Assembly (NCBI GenBank): GCA_017476885.1
Contig: JAFUYX010000061.1
Coordinates: 1 to 44,698 of the forward strand
Length of the DNA stretch: 44,698 bases
Source of the DNA: Bacilli bacterium
GTDB lineage: Bacteria; Bacillota_I; Bacilli_A; RF39; UBA660
Reading direction: 5' to 3'
A program made the position numbers and the translations under genes. The number at the start of each line of letters is the position of its first letter. Within the stretch, counting starts at the first letter, position 1. Shown one piece after another: positions 35,784-44,240 of this stretch. The notes beneath the pieces were generated by a model. That model had not been told where the DNA came from, did not search any database, and was given only the letters and a program-made list of their open reading frames with translations.

Positions 35784-37028
35784 ATGAAAGAAATTAAAAG
35801 AGATATTTATTTAAACAAATTAATAAATAGAAAAGAGAATGGATTAATTAAAATAATTACTGGTATAAGAAGATGTGGTAAATCCTATCTTTTAGACCCA
35901 ATCTTTAAAAATCATTTGCTTGAAAGTGGTGTAAAGGAAGATCATATTATTAAATTAGAATTAGATAAAGAAGAAAACAAGATATATCGTGACTCTCATG
36001 AACTCAATCAATTCATTAAATCTCAAATAAAAGATAAAAATATGTATTATATTCTACTTGATGAAATACAAATGGTTGAAGGATTTGAATCAGTATTGAA
36101 TGGATTATTGTATGAAAGAAATCTTGATGTTTATGTTACTGGAAGTAACTCAAGATTTTTATCATCTGATATTATAACTGAATTTAGAGGTAGAGGTGAT
36201 GAAATAAAAGTATTCCCACTTTCCTTTTCTGAATATATGAGTGCATTTGAAGGAGATAAACAGGATGCTTGGAATGAATATGTTTTATATGGTGGATTAC
36301 CTCTGATTCTTTCTAAGAAAACAGAGGAAGAAAAATCCCAATATTTAAAAGGATTATTTGATCAAACTTATATAAAAGATATCATTGAACGTAATAATAT
36401 TCAAAGAGTAGATATTCTTGATTCGATTATTAATATGTTAGCATCATCTGTTGGATCACTAACGAATCCTAAAAAAATATATGATACTTTTGTTAGTAAT
36501 GGGGAAAAAGAAATATCATCAAATACAGTGACTTCTTATATTAAATTTATAGAAGATTCTTTTATAGTAAACAAATCTGATAGGTATGATGTAAAGGGAA
36601 AAAAATATATCCAAACACCCCAAAAGTACTATTTTTCTGATATTGGACTTCGTAATGCTAGATTAAACTTCAGCCAGCAAGAAGAAAATCATATTATGGA
36701 AAATATTTTATACAATGAACTTATTGTAAGAGGTTATAATGTGGATGTTGGTGTTGTTGAGATAAGAGATGAAAACAAAAAAAGAAAACAATTAGAAATT
36801 GATTTTGTGTGTAATTTAGGAAATAAACGTTATTATATTCAATCTGCATTAAACCTTGATACAAGAGAAAAAACTATCCAAGAAGAAAGACCACTCATGA
36901 ATATAAATGATAATTTTAAAAAGATTATAGTTGTGAAAGATAATATGAAACATTGGATTACTGAAGAAGGCATCGTGGTTGTTGGGATTCAAGAGTTTTT
37001 ACTTAATAAAAATAGTTTAGATTTATAG
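35784..37028 (+). CDS. AAA+ ATPase of the COG1373 (AAA_14 + DUF4143) type
   Basis: Walker A TGIRRCGKSYL, Walker B YYILLDEIQ. C-terminal ..QLEIDFV.. segment. ATG at 35784 lies 5 nt after GGAGG (the track ORF begins at 35772, inside the repeat). Confidence 0.85.
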   Translation: MKEIKRDIYLNKLINRKENGLIKIITGIRRCGKSYLLDPIFKNHLLESGVKEDHIIKLELDKEENKIYRDSHELNQFIKSQIKDKNMYYILLDEIQMVEGFESVLNGLLYERNLDVYVTGSNSRFLSSDIITEFRGRGDEIKVFPLSFSEYMSAFEGDKQDAWNEYVLYGGLPLILSKKTEEEKSQYLKGLFDQTYIKDIIERNNIQRVDILDSIINMLASSVGSLTNPKKIYDTFVSNGEKEISSNTVTSYIKFIEDSFIVNKSDRYDVKGKKYIQTPQKYYFSDIGLRNARLNFSQQEENHIMENILYNELIVRGYNVDVGVVEIRDENKKRKQLEIDFVCNLGNKRYYIQSALNLDTREKTIQEERPLMNINDNFKKIIVVKDNMKHWITEEGIVVVGIQEFLLNKNSLDL

Positions 37029-37032
37029 TACT

Positions 37033-37073
37033 CATTCAAGAAAAAGTGGTAAAAGTGGCAAAAATTCTCAATG
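37033..37073. repeat. palindromic repeat, copy 3 (41 bp), followed by a decayed copy of the ATPase RBS/start
   Basis: CATTCAAGAA-aaagtggtaaaagtggcaaaaa-TTCTCAATG, then GAAGAAAAAATGAAAGAA (compare GGAGGAAAAAATGAAAGAA at 35774-35792). Confidence 0.9.
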
Positions 37074-37085
37074 AAGAAAAAATGA

Positions 37086-37113
37086 AAGAATGTGAGGTAT
37101 CCATTCTTTTTTT
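37086..37113 (+). terminator. rho-independent terminator
   Basis: aagaatg-(9 nt)-cattctt followed by TTTTT. Confidence 0.5.
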
Positions 37114-37143
37114 GCATAAATAAAAGATATTGTCTTCATAATA
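37114..37143 (+). promoter_or_regulatory. forespore sigmaG/F-type promoter of the spoVA operon
   Basis: GCATA (37114-37118), 18-nt spacer, CATAATA (37137-37143). Matches the G(C/A)AT(A/G)-N18-CAT(A/T)(A/C)TA consensus. Confidence 0.55.
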
Positions 37144-37159
37144 AAGATGGAGGAACAAT

Positions 37160-37597
37160 ATGAATAAAGAACAATATCAAAAACTGGTTAAAAAATATGA
37201 ACCACAAGAAAACAAAATAAAGAACGTTTTCTTAGCGTTTATTTCCGGAGGTTGCCTAGGTCTCTCTTGCCAAATACTTGCCACTTTCTTTCAAAATGTA
37301 CTAGGGATGAGTACAGAAACATCTTATAGTTTTGTCTGTATCATCCTGATTTTCTTAGCAAGTCTATTTACCGCATTGGGCTTCTTTGACGATTTAGTAT
37401 CCAAATACAGAGCAGGCCTAATCATTCCTACAACAGGATTTGCTCATAGTATGTCTAGTTCTGCTCTAGATTATCGTAAAGACGGAATGATTACAGGGCT
37501 AGGCTCCAATATTTTTAAATTAGCCGGAAGTGTTTTACTCTATGGAATTATTTCAGCATTTCTATTTGGTTATTTAGGAGTGATTTTCTATGGCTAA
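37160..37597 (+). CDS. spoVAC: stage V sporulation protein AC
   Basis: Typical N-terminus ..YQKLVKKYEPQ..; four TM segments. Operon position ahead of the thiolase-fold SpoVAD. Confidence 0.92.
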   Translation: MNKEQYQKLVKKYEPQENKIKNVFLAFISGGCLGLSCQILATFFQNVLGMSTETSYSFVCIILIFLASLFTALGFFDDLVSKYRAGLIIPTTGFAHSMSSSALDYRKDGMITGLGSNIFKLAGSVLLYGIISAFLFGYLGVIFYG

Positions 37598-38570
37598 AAA
37601 TGAGACAGGGATTTATTTAAATCACTATGCAACCGTGGTAGGTCCTCTTGAAAAGAAGAGTCATCTAGAAAAACTAGAACTTTGTATGGACGATTATTAT
37701 TTTGGAGAAAAGAGTTTTGAACAAGCAGAGATTAAAATGCAAAAAACTGCTTTAGATCAACTTCTAGCCAAAGCAGAACTAAAAAGTGAAGATTTATCTT
37801 TACTCATTAGTGGGGATTTATCGGATCAAATCGGGGTTTCTTCCATTGCTGCCGTTGCAAGCCAAATTCCTTTCTTAGGAGTTTATAATGCCTGTGCTAC
37901 CTTTGTAGAATCTTTGATCCTAGCGTGTATGTATCTTAAGAATCATTCTAAAAATAAAGTGATATGTATGACTTCATCTCATAACCTACATGCCGAAAAA
38001 CAGTTTCGTTTTCCTATTGAATATGGTGCGCCAAAGAAGAAAACTTCAACATTTACAACAACGGGAGCAGTTGCAACCTTAATATCCAAAGAAAAATCAC
38101 GTTTTAAACTTGGCAATTATACCATTGGGAAGGCAATCGATATGGGATTAAATGATACTTCAAATATGGGCGCCATCATGGCTCCAGCGGCTGCCCAAAC
38201 CATTTATAGACACCTTCAAGATAACAAAATGAGTCCGAAAGATTATGACATCATATTAACTGGAGATTTAGGGGAAGTGGGTTCTAAATTGCTAAAAGAA
38301 TATTTCAAAACAACCTATCAAATTGATTTAAAAAATCATGTCGATGCAGGAAGTGATATTTATTTAGAAAAGGATAAAGAAAAAGTCCTATCGGGCGGAA
38401 GTGGACCAAGTGCTTTACCAATTTACCTATTCCATAAAGTTTTAAAAAATAAAAAGAATAAAAAAATCTTACTCGTAGCAACCGGTTCTTTACACAATCC
38501 CTTATTTGTCAATCAAAAACAGACCATACCAGCCATTGCACACGCGATTGAATTGGAGGTAATCTCATGA
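37590..38570 (+). CDS. spoVAD: stage V sporulation protein AD
   Basis: Thiolase-like fold protein (..GVYNACATFVESL.., ..GSGPSAL..) overlapping both neighbouring genes. Confidence 0.92.
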   Translation: MAKNETGIYLNHYATVVGPLEKKSHLEKLELCMDDYYFGEKSFEQAEIKMQKTALDQLLAKAELKSEDLSLLISGDLSDQIGVSSIAAVASQIPFLGVYNACATFVESLILACMYLKNHSKNKVICMTSSHNLHAEKQFRFPIEYGAPKKKTSTFTTTGAVATLISKEKSRFKLGNYTIGKAIDMGLNDTSNMGAIMAPAAAQTIYRHLQDNKMSPKDYDIILTGDLGEVGSKLLKEYFKTTYQIDLKNHVDAGSDIYLEKDKEKVLSGGSGPSALPIYLFHKVLKNKKNKKILLVATGSLHNPLFVNQKQTIPAIAHAIELEVIS

Positions 38571-38917
38571 TTTTTATCTATGCATTTTTAATATCCGGAT
38601 TATTTTGTATGGTTGCCCAAATCTTGTTAGAAAATACAAAATTAACTCCAGGTCATGTAACTTCATTATTTACTGCTCTAGGAGCGGGTCTTTCATTTTT
38701 AGGGATCTATCCAAAACTCATAGAAATAAGTGGCGCTGGGGCAACGATCCTCATTAGCAACTTTGGACATTTACTGTACCAAGGCGTCATAGAAGGGTTT
38801 CATCAAAACGGATTTTTAGGATTATTTAGTGGCATGCTCACCAAAAGTTCTCTAGCGATTGCCTCAGCAGTGATATTTGCATTCTTATTTTCCTTTACTT
38901 TCAAACCGAAAGATTAA
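38567..38917 (+). CDS. spoVAE: stage V sporulation protein AE (AEB-type)
   Basis: 116-aa membrane protein with the motif ISGAGATILISNFGHLLYQG. Confidence 0.9.
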   Translation: MIFIYAFLISGLFCMVAQILLENTKLTPGHVTSLFTALGAGLSFLGIYPKLIEISGAGATILISNFGHLLYQGVIEGFHQNGFLGLFSGMLTKSSLAIASAVIFAFLFSFTFKPKD

Positions 38918-38982
38918 TTATTTGCAATCATCATCTCTTTATGTTAAAATATTGTTTACCTAAAAAAGGGAGATGGTGATTC

Positions 38983-39522
38983 ATGAATTATAACTATGCC
39001 ATTGGAATTCCAAGAGAAAATAAAGAAATCTATTATTGGCCCATGAAATTACAACAAATTGATGAATTATTTACAAGTAAAAGCAAAGAAGAAGTATTAG
39101 ATTGGTTAAAACAAAACGATTCGGTTTTAGAAGAAGAGGATGCTCAAAAACTTCAAATTATGAAAAGAGTTTCAGAAAAAAAATACATTACGGAACGATA
39201 TACGTATATTGTGACCAATAAAAACTTCTTGAACTATGACATTAAACCTTTCTTACTTAATGATAAGAAATTAGTTCACAAACTTCAAAATACACTAATT
39301 CCATTTCAAAAGAGAATTGTTTCTGAAGTGTTAAGTAAAATGATTCCACTATTAAGTGAGAATATTGTTTTATTCTGTGAATATTTCAACTACTTGCCTT
39401 ATGAAGAAAAAAGAGTCATTTGGACAATTTTATCAGAAGATAAACAAGTGGCAGACCAATTGAATCATAAAATCGAAACTCTAGAGATTCCTTTTATGAA
39501 ACTAGAAAGAAAAGCAAGCTAG
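38983..39522 (+). CDS. hypothetical protein (179 aa)
   Basis: RBS AAGGGAGATGG; TGtTAAAAT -10 element upstream. No motif recognised. Confidence 0.5.
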   Translation: MNYNYAIGIPRENKEIYYWPMKLQQIDELFTSKSKEEVLDWLKQNDSVLEEEDAQKLQIMKRVSEKKYITERYTYIVTNKNFLNYDIKPFLLNDKKLVHKLQNTLIPFQKRIVSEVLSKMIPLLSENIVLFCEYFNYLPYEEKRVIWTILSEDKQVADQLNHKIETLEIPFMKLERKAS

Positions 39523-39564
39523 CTTTTTTTTATTTTGGATGCATACAATGTAAAAGGTGATACT

Positions 39565-39804
39565 ATGCATCTGTACAAAACAATTAAAACCTTTTTATTT
39601 GATAAAGAGTACTTTGTTAATGTTTTTGATAGCCATATTCATTTATATGGTTTTTTACAAGTACTTTCACTGCAAGAAGAAGAAGCAAGCCTAAGATTTC
39701 CTGAATTTCTCTTGCAAATCAAAGGACAGGATTTTAGAGTTTTAAAACTGACCAAGAATGAGCTTTTAATTCAAGGAAAAATAAGTGAGATGAAATTCTT
39801 ATGA
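39565..39804 (+). CDS. yqfC: sporulation protein YqfC
   Basis: ..LLQIKGQDFRVLKLTKNELLIQGKISEMKF matches the YqfC C-terminal pattern. ATG at 39565 follows AAAGGTGA. Upstream of yqfD. Confidence 0.8.
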   Translation: MHLYKTIKTFLFDKEYFVNVFDSHIHLYGFLQVLSLQEEEASLRFPEFLLQIKGQDFRVLKLTKNELLIQGKISEMKFL

Positions 39805-40961
39805 AGAAAAGTTATGCCCTAGTCAAAGTGGATTGCTCAAACAAAGAAAGATTTTTGAAGTCCTGTCAAAAAAATAAACTTGATATATATGACACAAAGA
39901 GCAAGGATAGAGAATGGATTATTAAAATTAATGAAGAAGATCTTCCTAAATTAAAACGGATTTGGTATGTGGAGTATGAAGTTGTAGGATATACTGGATT
40001 TCATCAGGTAAAAAAACAACTGAAGAAGAATAGAGTTTTTCTAATTTGTGCGTTCATAGGAATCTTGTTTTTATTCTTCTTAAGTCATCTTGTTTTATCA
40101 GTGGAAGTGATTCATTCTTCTAGTGATATTAGAAATTTAGTGTTAAATGCTTTAGAAGAAAAAGGAATCAAAAAATATAGTTTTCAAAAATCTTATCAAG
40201 AATTAGAACAAATTAAAAAAGAAATCTTAGATGCCTATGAAAATCGACTCGAGTGGATGGAAATAGAAAACAGTGGAATGAAAGTTAAAGTAAGAGTAGA
40301 AGAAAGAAAATTGCAAGAAGAAACAAAGAAGAAAGAATCTTGTCATTTGATAGCAAAAAAAGATGGAATGATCAAATCAATTTCCTACACTGCTGGAGAA
40401 GCTCTAGTCAAACGCAACGATTATGTCAAAAAAGGGGACATTTTAGTGTCTGGAATCATTCATAAAGAGGACGAAGAAAAAGGGGTAGTGTGCGCTAAAG
40501 GAGAAGTCTTAGCAGAAGTATGGTATCAAGCCTCCTTAACGTTGCCCATGACTTATAAAGAAAAAATTCGAACAGGTAAAAAAAGATGGAATATGAAAAT
40601 AAAAAATAATGCTATCAATGACTTTCTTTTCAAAAGTAGAATTGAAAATTTTGAAGAAGAGAGTAAACCTTTATTGAAAATATTGAATACTCAAATACTT
40701 TTTGTAACCCAGTATGAAATAGAGGAAGAAGAGAAGAAATACACCGAAGAAGAAGCAATGGAAAAAGTACTTCAGATGATTGATGAAAAATTTGCTACGA
40801 TATTGAACGAAAAAGAAGAGATTCTATCAAAAAAAGTTTTAAAAAAAGAAGAAAACAATGGTATAATGAATGTAGAAGTTTTTGTAAGTGTCAAAGAAGA
40901 AATATCAATGACCCAAGAATTTCAAAGAATAAAGGGTGATGAAAATGGAGATGCTTTCTAA
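39801..40961 (+). CDS. yqfD: sporulation protein YqfD
   Basis: ATGA overlap with yqfC. Single central TM; about 390 aa. ..KKGDILVSGII.. lytic-like barrel region typical of YqfD. Confidence 0.85.
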   Translation: MKKSYALVKVDCSNKERFLKSCQKNKLDIYDTKSKDREWIIKINEEDLPKLKRIWYVEYEVVGYTGFHQVKKQLKKNRVFLICAFIGILFLFFLSHLVLSVEVIHSSSDIRNLVLNALEEKGIKKYSFQKSYQELEQIKKEILDAYENRLEWMEIENSGMKVKVRVEERKLQEETKKKESCHLIAKKDGMIKSISYTAGEALVKRNDYVKKGDILVSGIIHKEDEEKGVVCAKGEVLAEVWYQASLTLPMTYKEKIRTGKKRWNMKIKNNAINDFLFKSRIENFEEESKPLLKILNTQILFVTQYEIEEEEKKYTEEEAMEKVLQMIDEKFATILNEKEEILSKKVLKKEENNGIMNVEVFVSVKEEISMTQEFQRIKGDENGDAF

Positions 40962-41559
40962 CGCCATTATGGATATATGGCCAATGTTAACCATCTTTTT
41001 AGTCGTATTGATTTTAATAAGACTCATGTATATTCATAATAGTAGTGAAAAATTTGTTTTCTACAAAGAGTTTATGAACTTATTATTTATTATCTATGCT
41101 TTACTTTTATATCGATTGCTGACCAATGCCGAATTAAATTCTACGAGTGGAATGAATTTAGTCCCATTTCAGGAGATATTACGATATAAGGTTGGAAGTC
41201 CAGGGTTTAATACCAATGTGATTGGAAACATCTTAATTTTTATTCCGTTTGGATATTTTGTTTCGAGTTATATTAAAGCAAGTAAGATATCACATATTTT
41301 AATTGTAAGCAGTGTCACTAGTTTAGTCGTAGAAATAGTTCAAAAATACATAGGAAGAAGTTTTGATATTGATGATATTCTCTTAAACGTAGTCGGTGCT
41401 ATTATAGGATTTCTAATCTTTATAGGATTCACTGCTATTAAGAAGCATTTACCAAAATTTATGAGAAGTGATTTATTTTATAATATAATTTGTATTATTA
41501 TATGTGCCATTGCACTCATCTACTATTTAAAATTATCGGGAGTGAGTGTAGGAATATAG
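40945..41559 (+). CDS. VanZ-family membrane protein
   Basis: NLVPFQ, NILIFIPFGYF, DIDDILLNVVGAIIGF. Start ambiguous: GTG 40936, ATG 40939, ATG 40945 or ATG 40951. Confidence 0.7.
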   Translation: MEMLSNAIMDIWPMLTIFLVVLILIRLMYIHNSSEKFVFYKEFMNLLFIIYALLLYRLLTNAELNSTSGMNLVPFQEILRYKVGSPGFNTNVIGNILIFIPFGYFVSSYIKASKISHILIVSSVTSLVVEIVQKYIGRSFDIDDILLNVVGAIIGFLIFIGFTAIKKHLPKFMRSDLFYNIICIIICAIALIYYLKLSGVSVGI

Positions 41560-41579
41560 GAAGTGTGGGGGAGTATTTG

Positions 41580-42023
41580 ATGAATATTCATGAAATTAAC
41601 AATGAATATGGATATGAAGGATATGAATATCTAGATGAAGTCTTAGAGATTGCTTTGAAACATGAGCATGTAGAAAACGCCAGTTTCTCTATTATCTTTG
41701 TGGGAAACGAAGAAATCCAAAAGATCAATAGAGAATATCGTGGAATCGATCGAGTGACAGATGTCATATCTTTTGCGCTAGAAGATTTTAATGATGGAAT
41801 TACAGATGAAACAAGACTTCTAGGAGACATCTATGTTTGCATTCCAAGAATGAAAGAACAAGCGTTAGAATATGGTCATAGTGAGAAAAGAGAACTTTCT
41901 TTTTTGTGTGTCCATGGTCTTCTACATCTTTTAGGATATGATCACACAAAGAGCAAAGAAGAAGAGAAAATCATGTTTTCTTTGCAGGAGGAAATCTTAA
42001 ATGAAGCGGGAATCTCAAGGTAA
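41580..42023 (+). CDS. ybeY: rRNA maturation endoribonuclease YbeY
   Basis: TDVISF.., zinc motif HGLLHLLGYDH. ATG at 41580 follows GGGGGAG. Confidence 0.94.
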   Translation: MNIHEINNEYGYEGYEYLDEVLEIALKHEHVENASFSIIFVGNEEIQKINREYRGIDRVTDVISFALEDFNDGITDETRLLGDIYVCIPRMKEQALEYGHSEKRELSFLCVHGLLHLLGYDHTKSKEEEKIMFSLQEEILNEAGISR

Positions 42024-42378
42024 TCTATTCAAGCGCTTAATACGCAATACCATCCATTCCATTCATGGGATGAAAGTATTATTAAAAGAAGAGAAGAGTA
42101 CTATTTTGGTTCTACTATATGCCATCATGGCTTTCTTAGGGTGTATTCTTTTGCAAGTGACATTTAAAGTATACTTTATCCTAGGAATTTGCTTTTTAAT
42201 GATTTTAGCAACCGAACTATTAAATACCGCGATTGAAAACACCGTCGATTTAGTAACAAAAGAGTATCATGAACTTGCTAAAAAGGCCAAAGATCAAGGA
42301 AGTGCTGCGACTGGAGTCGTTGCATTGATTACATTCTTCATCATGATTTACCTCTTTTACCCATACATAATAAAATAG
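42001..42378 (+). CDS. dgkA: diacylglycerol/undecaprenol kinase DgkA
   Basis: About 125 aa, three TM segments. ELLNTAIENTVDLV and AKDQGSAA motifs. RBS AGGAGG. Confidence 0.9.
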   Translation: MKRESQGNLFKRLIRNTIHSIHGMKVLLKEEKSTILVLLYAIMAFLGCILLQVTFKVYFILGICFLMILATELLNTAIENTVDLVTKEYHELAKKAKDQGSAATGVVALITFFIMIYLFYPYIIK

Positions 42379-42397
42379 AATATAGGAAGTGATAATA

Positions 42398-43288
42398 ATG
42401 AAAAGTGGTTTTGTAAGTTTAATTGGAAGACCCAATGTTGGAAAATCAACTTTATTAAATGCCATTCTAAACTTTAAAGTTGCCATAACTTCTGATAAAG
42501 CTCAGACAACAAGAAATATTATTCAAGGAATCTATAATGAAAGTGATGTTCAAATTGTTTTTTTAGATACTCCAGGAATCCATAAACCAAAAAGTAAACT
42601 AGGAAAAATTTTAAACAAAGAAAGTTATGCTTTAACAAAAGATGTAGACGCCATCTTATTTGTGGTAGATGCTCATGCAGGCTTTGGTAAAGGAGATGAG
42701 TTTATTTTAGAGAGTCTCAAAAAAAGTGATTCTCCAGTCATTCTCATTTTAAATAAAATTGACCAAATGTCGAAAGAAGAACTGATTTACACCATTGAAG
42801 AAGTCAAAGATGTATACCCATTTGCCGAGATTGTACCAGTATCTGCTTTAAAAAAAGATAATATCACTCATTTAATCGAAGTCATCAAAAAATACTTAAC
42901 AGGAAATATTCGTTATTTTGATGAGGATATGGTGACTTCTTCTCCAATGTCGTTTATTGCCAGTGAACTTGTTAGAGAAAAACTTTTGAACCAAACCATT
43001 GAAGAAGTTCCTCATAGTCTAACATGTCTCACAACAAGATATGAAGAAAAAGAAAATCTTATTTCCATTGGGGTAGACATCATTGTAGATCGAGATAGCA
43101 TTAAAAGAATTGTGATTGGTAAGGGGGGAGAACGTTTGAAAAACGTGGGAACTCAAGCTAGAATAGAACTCGAAGCCATGACAGGAAAAAAAGTTTTCTT
43201 AGAACTATTTGTGAAAACCATTAAAAACTGGAGAGAAAAAGAAAGCTACTTAAGCGAATTAGGATTCAAAGAATTAGATTTAAAATAA
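42398..43288 (+). CDS. era: GTPase Era
   Basis: G1 GRPNVGKST, G3 DTPG, G4 NKID, C-terminal KH domain (VIGKGGERLK). Confidence 0.96.
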   Translation: MKSGFVSLIGRPNVGKSTLLNAILNFKVAITSDKAQTTRNIIQGIYNESDVQIVFLDTPGIHKPKSKLGKILNKESYALTKDVDAILFVVDAHAGFGKGDEFILESLKKSDSPVILILNKIDQMSKEELIYTIEEVKDVYPFAEIVPVSALKKDNITHLIEVIKKYLTGNIRYFDEDMVTSSPMSFIASELVREKLLNQTIEEVPHSLTCLTTRYEEKENLISIGVDIIVDRDSIKRIVIGKGGERLKNVGTQARIELEAMTGKKVFLELFVKTIKNWREKESYLSELGFKELDLK

Positions 43289-43341
43289 TTGAATAAAAAA
43301 AGAATTCTTCTCCCATAATGAAAATAGAAGGGATGAAGAAT

Positions 43342-43425
43342 ATGACTAAAAAAGAAAAATATTGGAAAAAATTTCAAGAAACAGGGAAAATTGAATACTA
43401 TTTAAAATATAAAGGAAAGATGTGA
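43342..43425 (+). CDS. yqzL: YqzL-like micro-protein (27 aa)
   Basis: MTKKEKYWKKFQETGKIEYYLKYKGKM. W..F..TG....YL pattern; conserved era-yqzL-recO position, as in B. subtilis. RBS GAAGGGATGA. Confidence 0.55.
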   Translation: MTKKEKYWKKFQETGKIEYYLKYKGKM

Positions 43426-43431
43426 TTAAAA

Positions 43432-44163
43432 GTGGTAGTGAAGTTAGAAGGAATCATTGTGAGAACAACAAATTATGGAGAAACTTCACTAATCCTAGAT
43501 TTATTTACAAAAGAATTAGGAATCATAGGCATCATGGCCAAAGGAGTAAAGTCCTTAAAAAGCAAATTAAGGGCTTATACCATGAAGTTTACCTATGGTT
43601 TTTTTTATGTGTATTACAAAGAAGGGAAACTATCCATTTTAAAAGAAGTGGATCTGATCAATCCCTTTAAAAGAATCCATGAAGATTTAACTCTCATCTC
43701 TTACTTAAACTATATTACAGAACTCTCTGTTCAAACCTGGAAAGAAAGTGAAAATAAGGAAATATTTTCTTTCATGATAAATACACTAAAAAAAATCAAT
43801 GAAGGATTTGATTCCTTTGTGTTAACCAGTATTTTAGAAATGAAATATTTACCTTTCCTAGGAGTTGGTATGGACTTATCTGGATGTGCCAAGTGTGGGA
43901 ATACTCACAATATCGTGACCATCGATGGAGATGTAGGAGGACTGGTTTGTAAAAATTGTTATACGAATGAACGTATTGTCAATCCCAAAACCATTCAACT
44001 CTTAAGAATCTATGAGAAAATCTCGATTTCTTCCATAACGAAACTAGAGATAGAAGAAAAATCAGCAAGAGAGCTAAGTACCTTCCTAGAAGTCTATTAT
44101 GCCCGTTATACAGGTCTTTATTTACAGAGTAAAGACTTCTTGAAGAAAACTTTAGATTTTTGA
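43432..44163 (+). CDS. recO: DNA repair protein RecO
   Basis: N-terminal OB fold (EGIIVRTTNYGETS), C-terminal zinc motif C..CG...C..C. GTG start. Confidence 0.9.
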   Translation: MVVKLEGIIVRTTNYGETSLILDLFTKELGIIGIMAKGVKSLKSKLRAYTMKFTYGFFYVYYKEGKLSILKEVDLINPFKRIHEDLTLISYLNYITELSVQTWKESENKEIFSFMINTLKKINEGFDSFVLTSILEMKYLPFLGVGMDLSGCAKCGNTHNIVTIDGDVGGLVCKNCYTNERIVNPKTIQLLRIYEKISISSITKLEIEEKSARELSTFLEVYYARYTGLYLQSKDFLKKTLDF

Positions 44164-44240
44164 GAATTGCTCCAAATCTTACCAACAGTATTTACTTTTG
44201 CTTCTAAAATATTTATAGATTTCTTTTTAGTTTGTACTAT

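Noticed and set aside
35657-37113. Reading the palindromic repeats as integron attC sites, IS terminal inverted repeats or a CRISPR-like array
   Set aside because: There is no integrase, transposase or cas gene in the window. The copies are direct repeats of an internally palindromic unit rather than terminal inverted repeats with target duplications, and three irregularly spaced copies do not make an array. The origin stays unknown (see finding).
39542-39549. CATACAAT as a sigmaE -10 box for yqfC
   Set aside because: It matches the consensus, but it ends only about 6 nt before the RBS, so the transcript would start within the RBS. There is also no convincing -35. Left unannotated.
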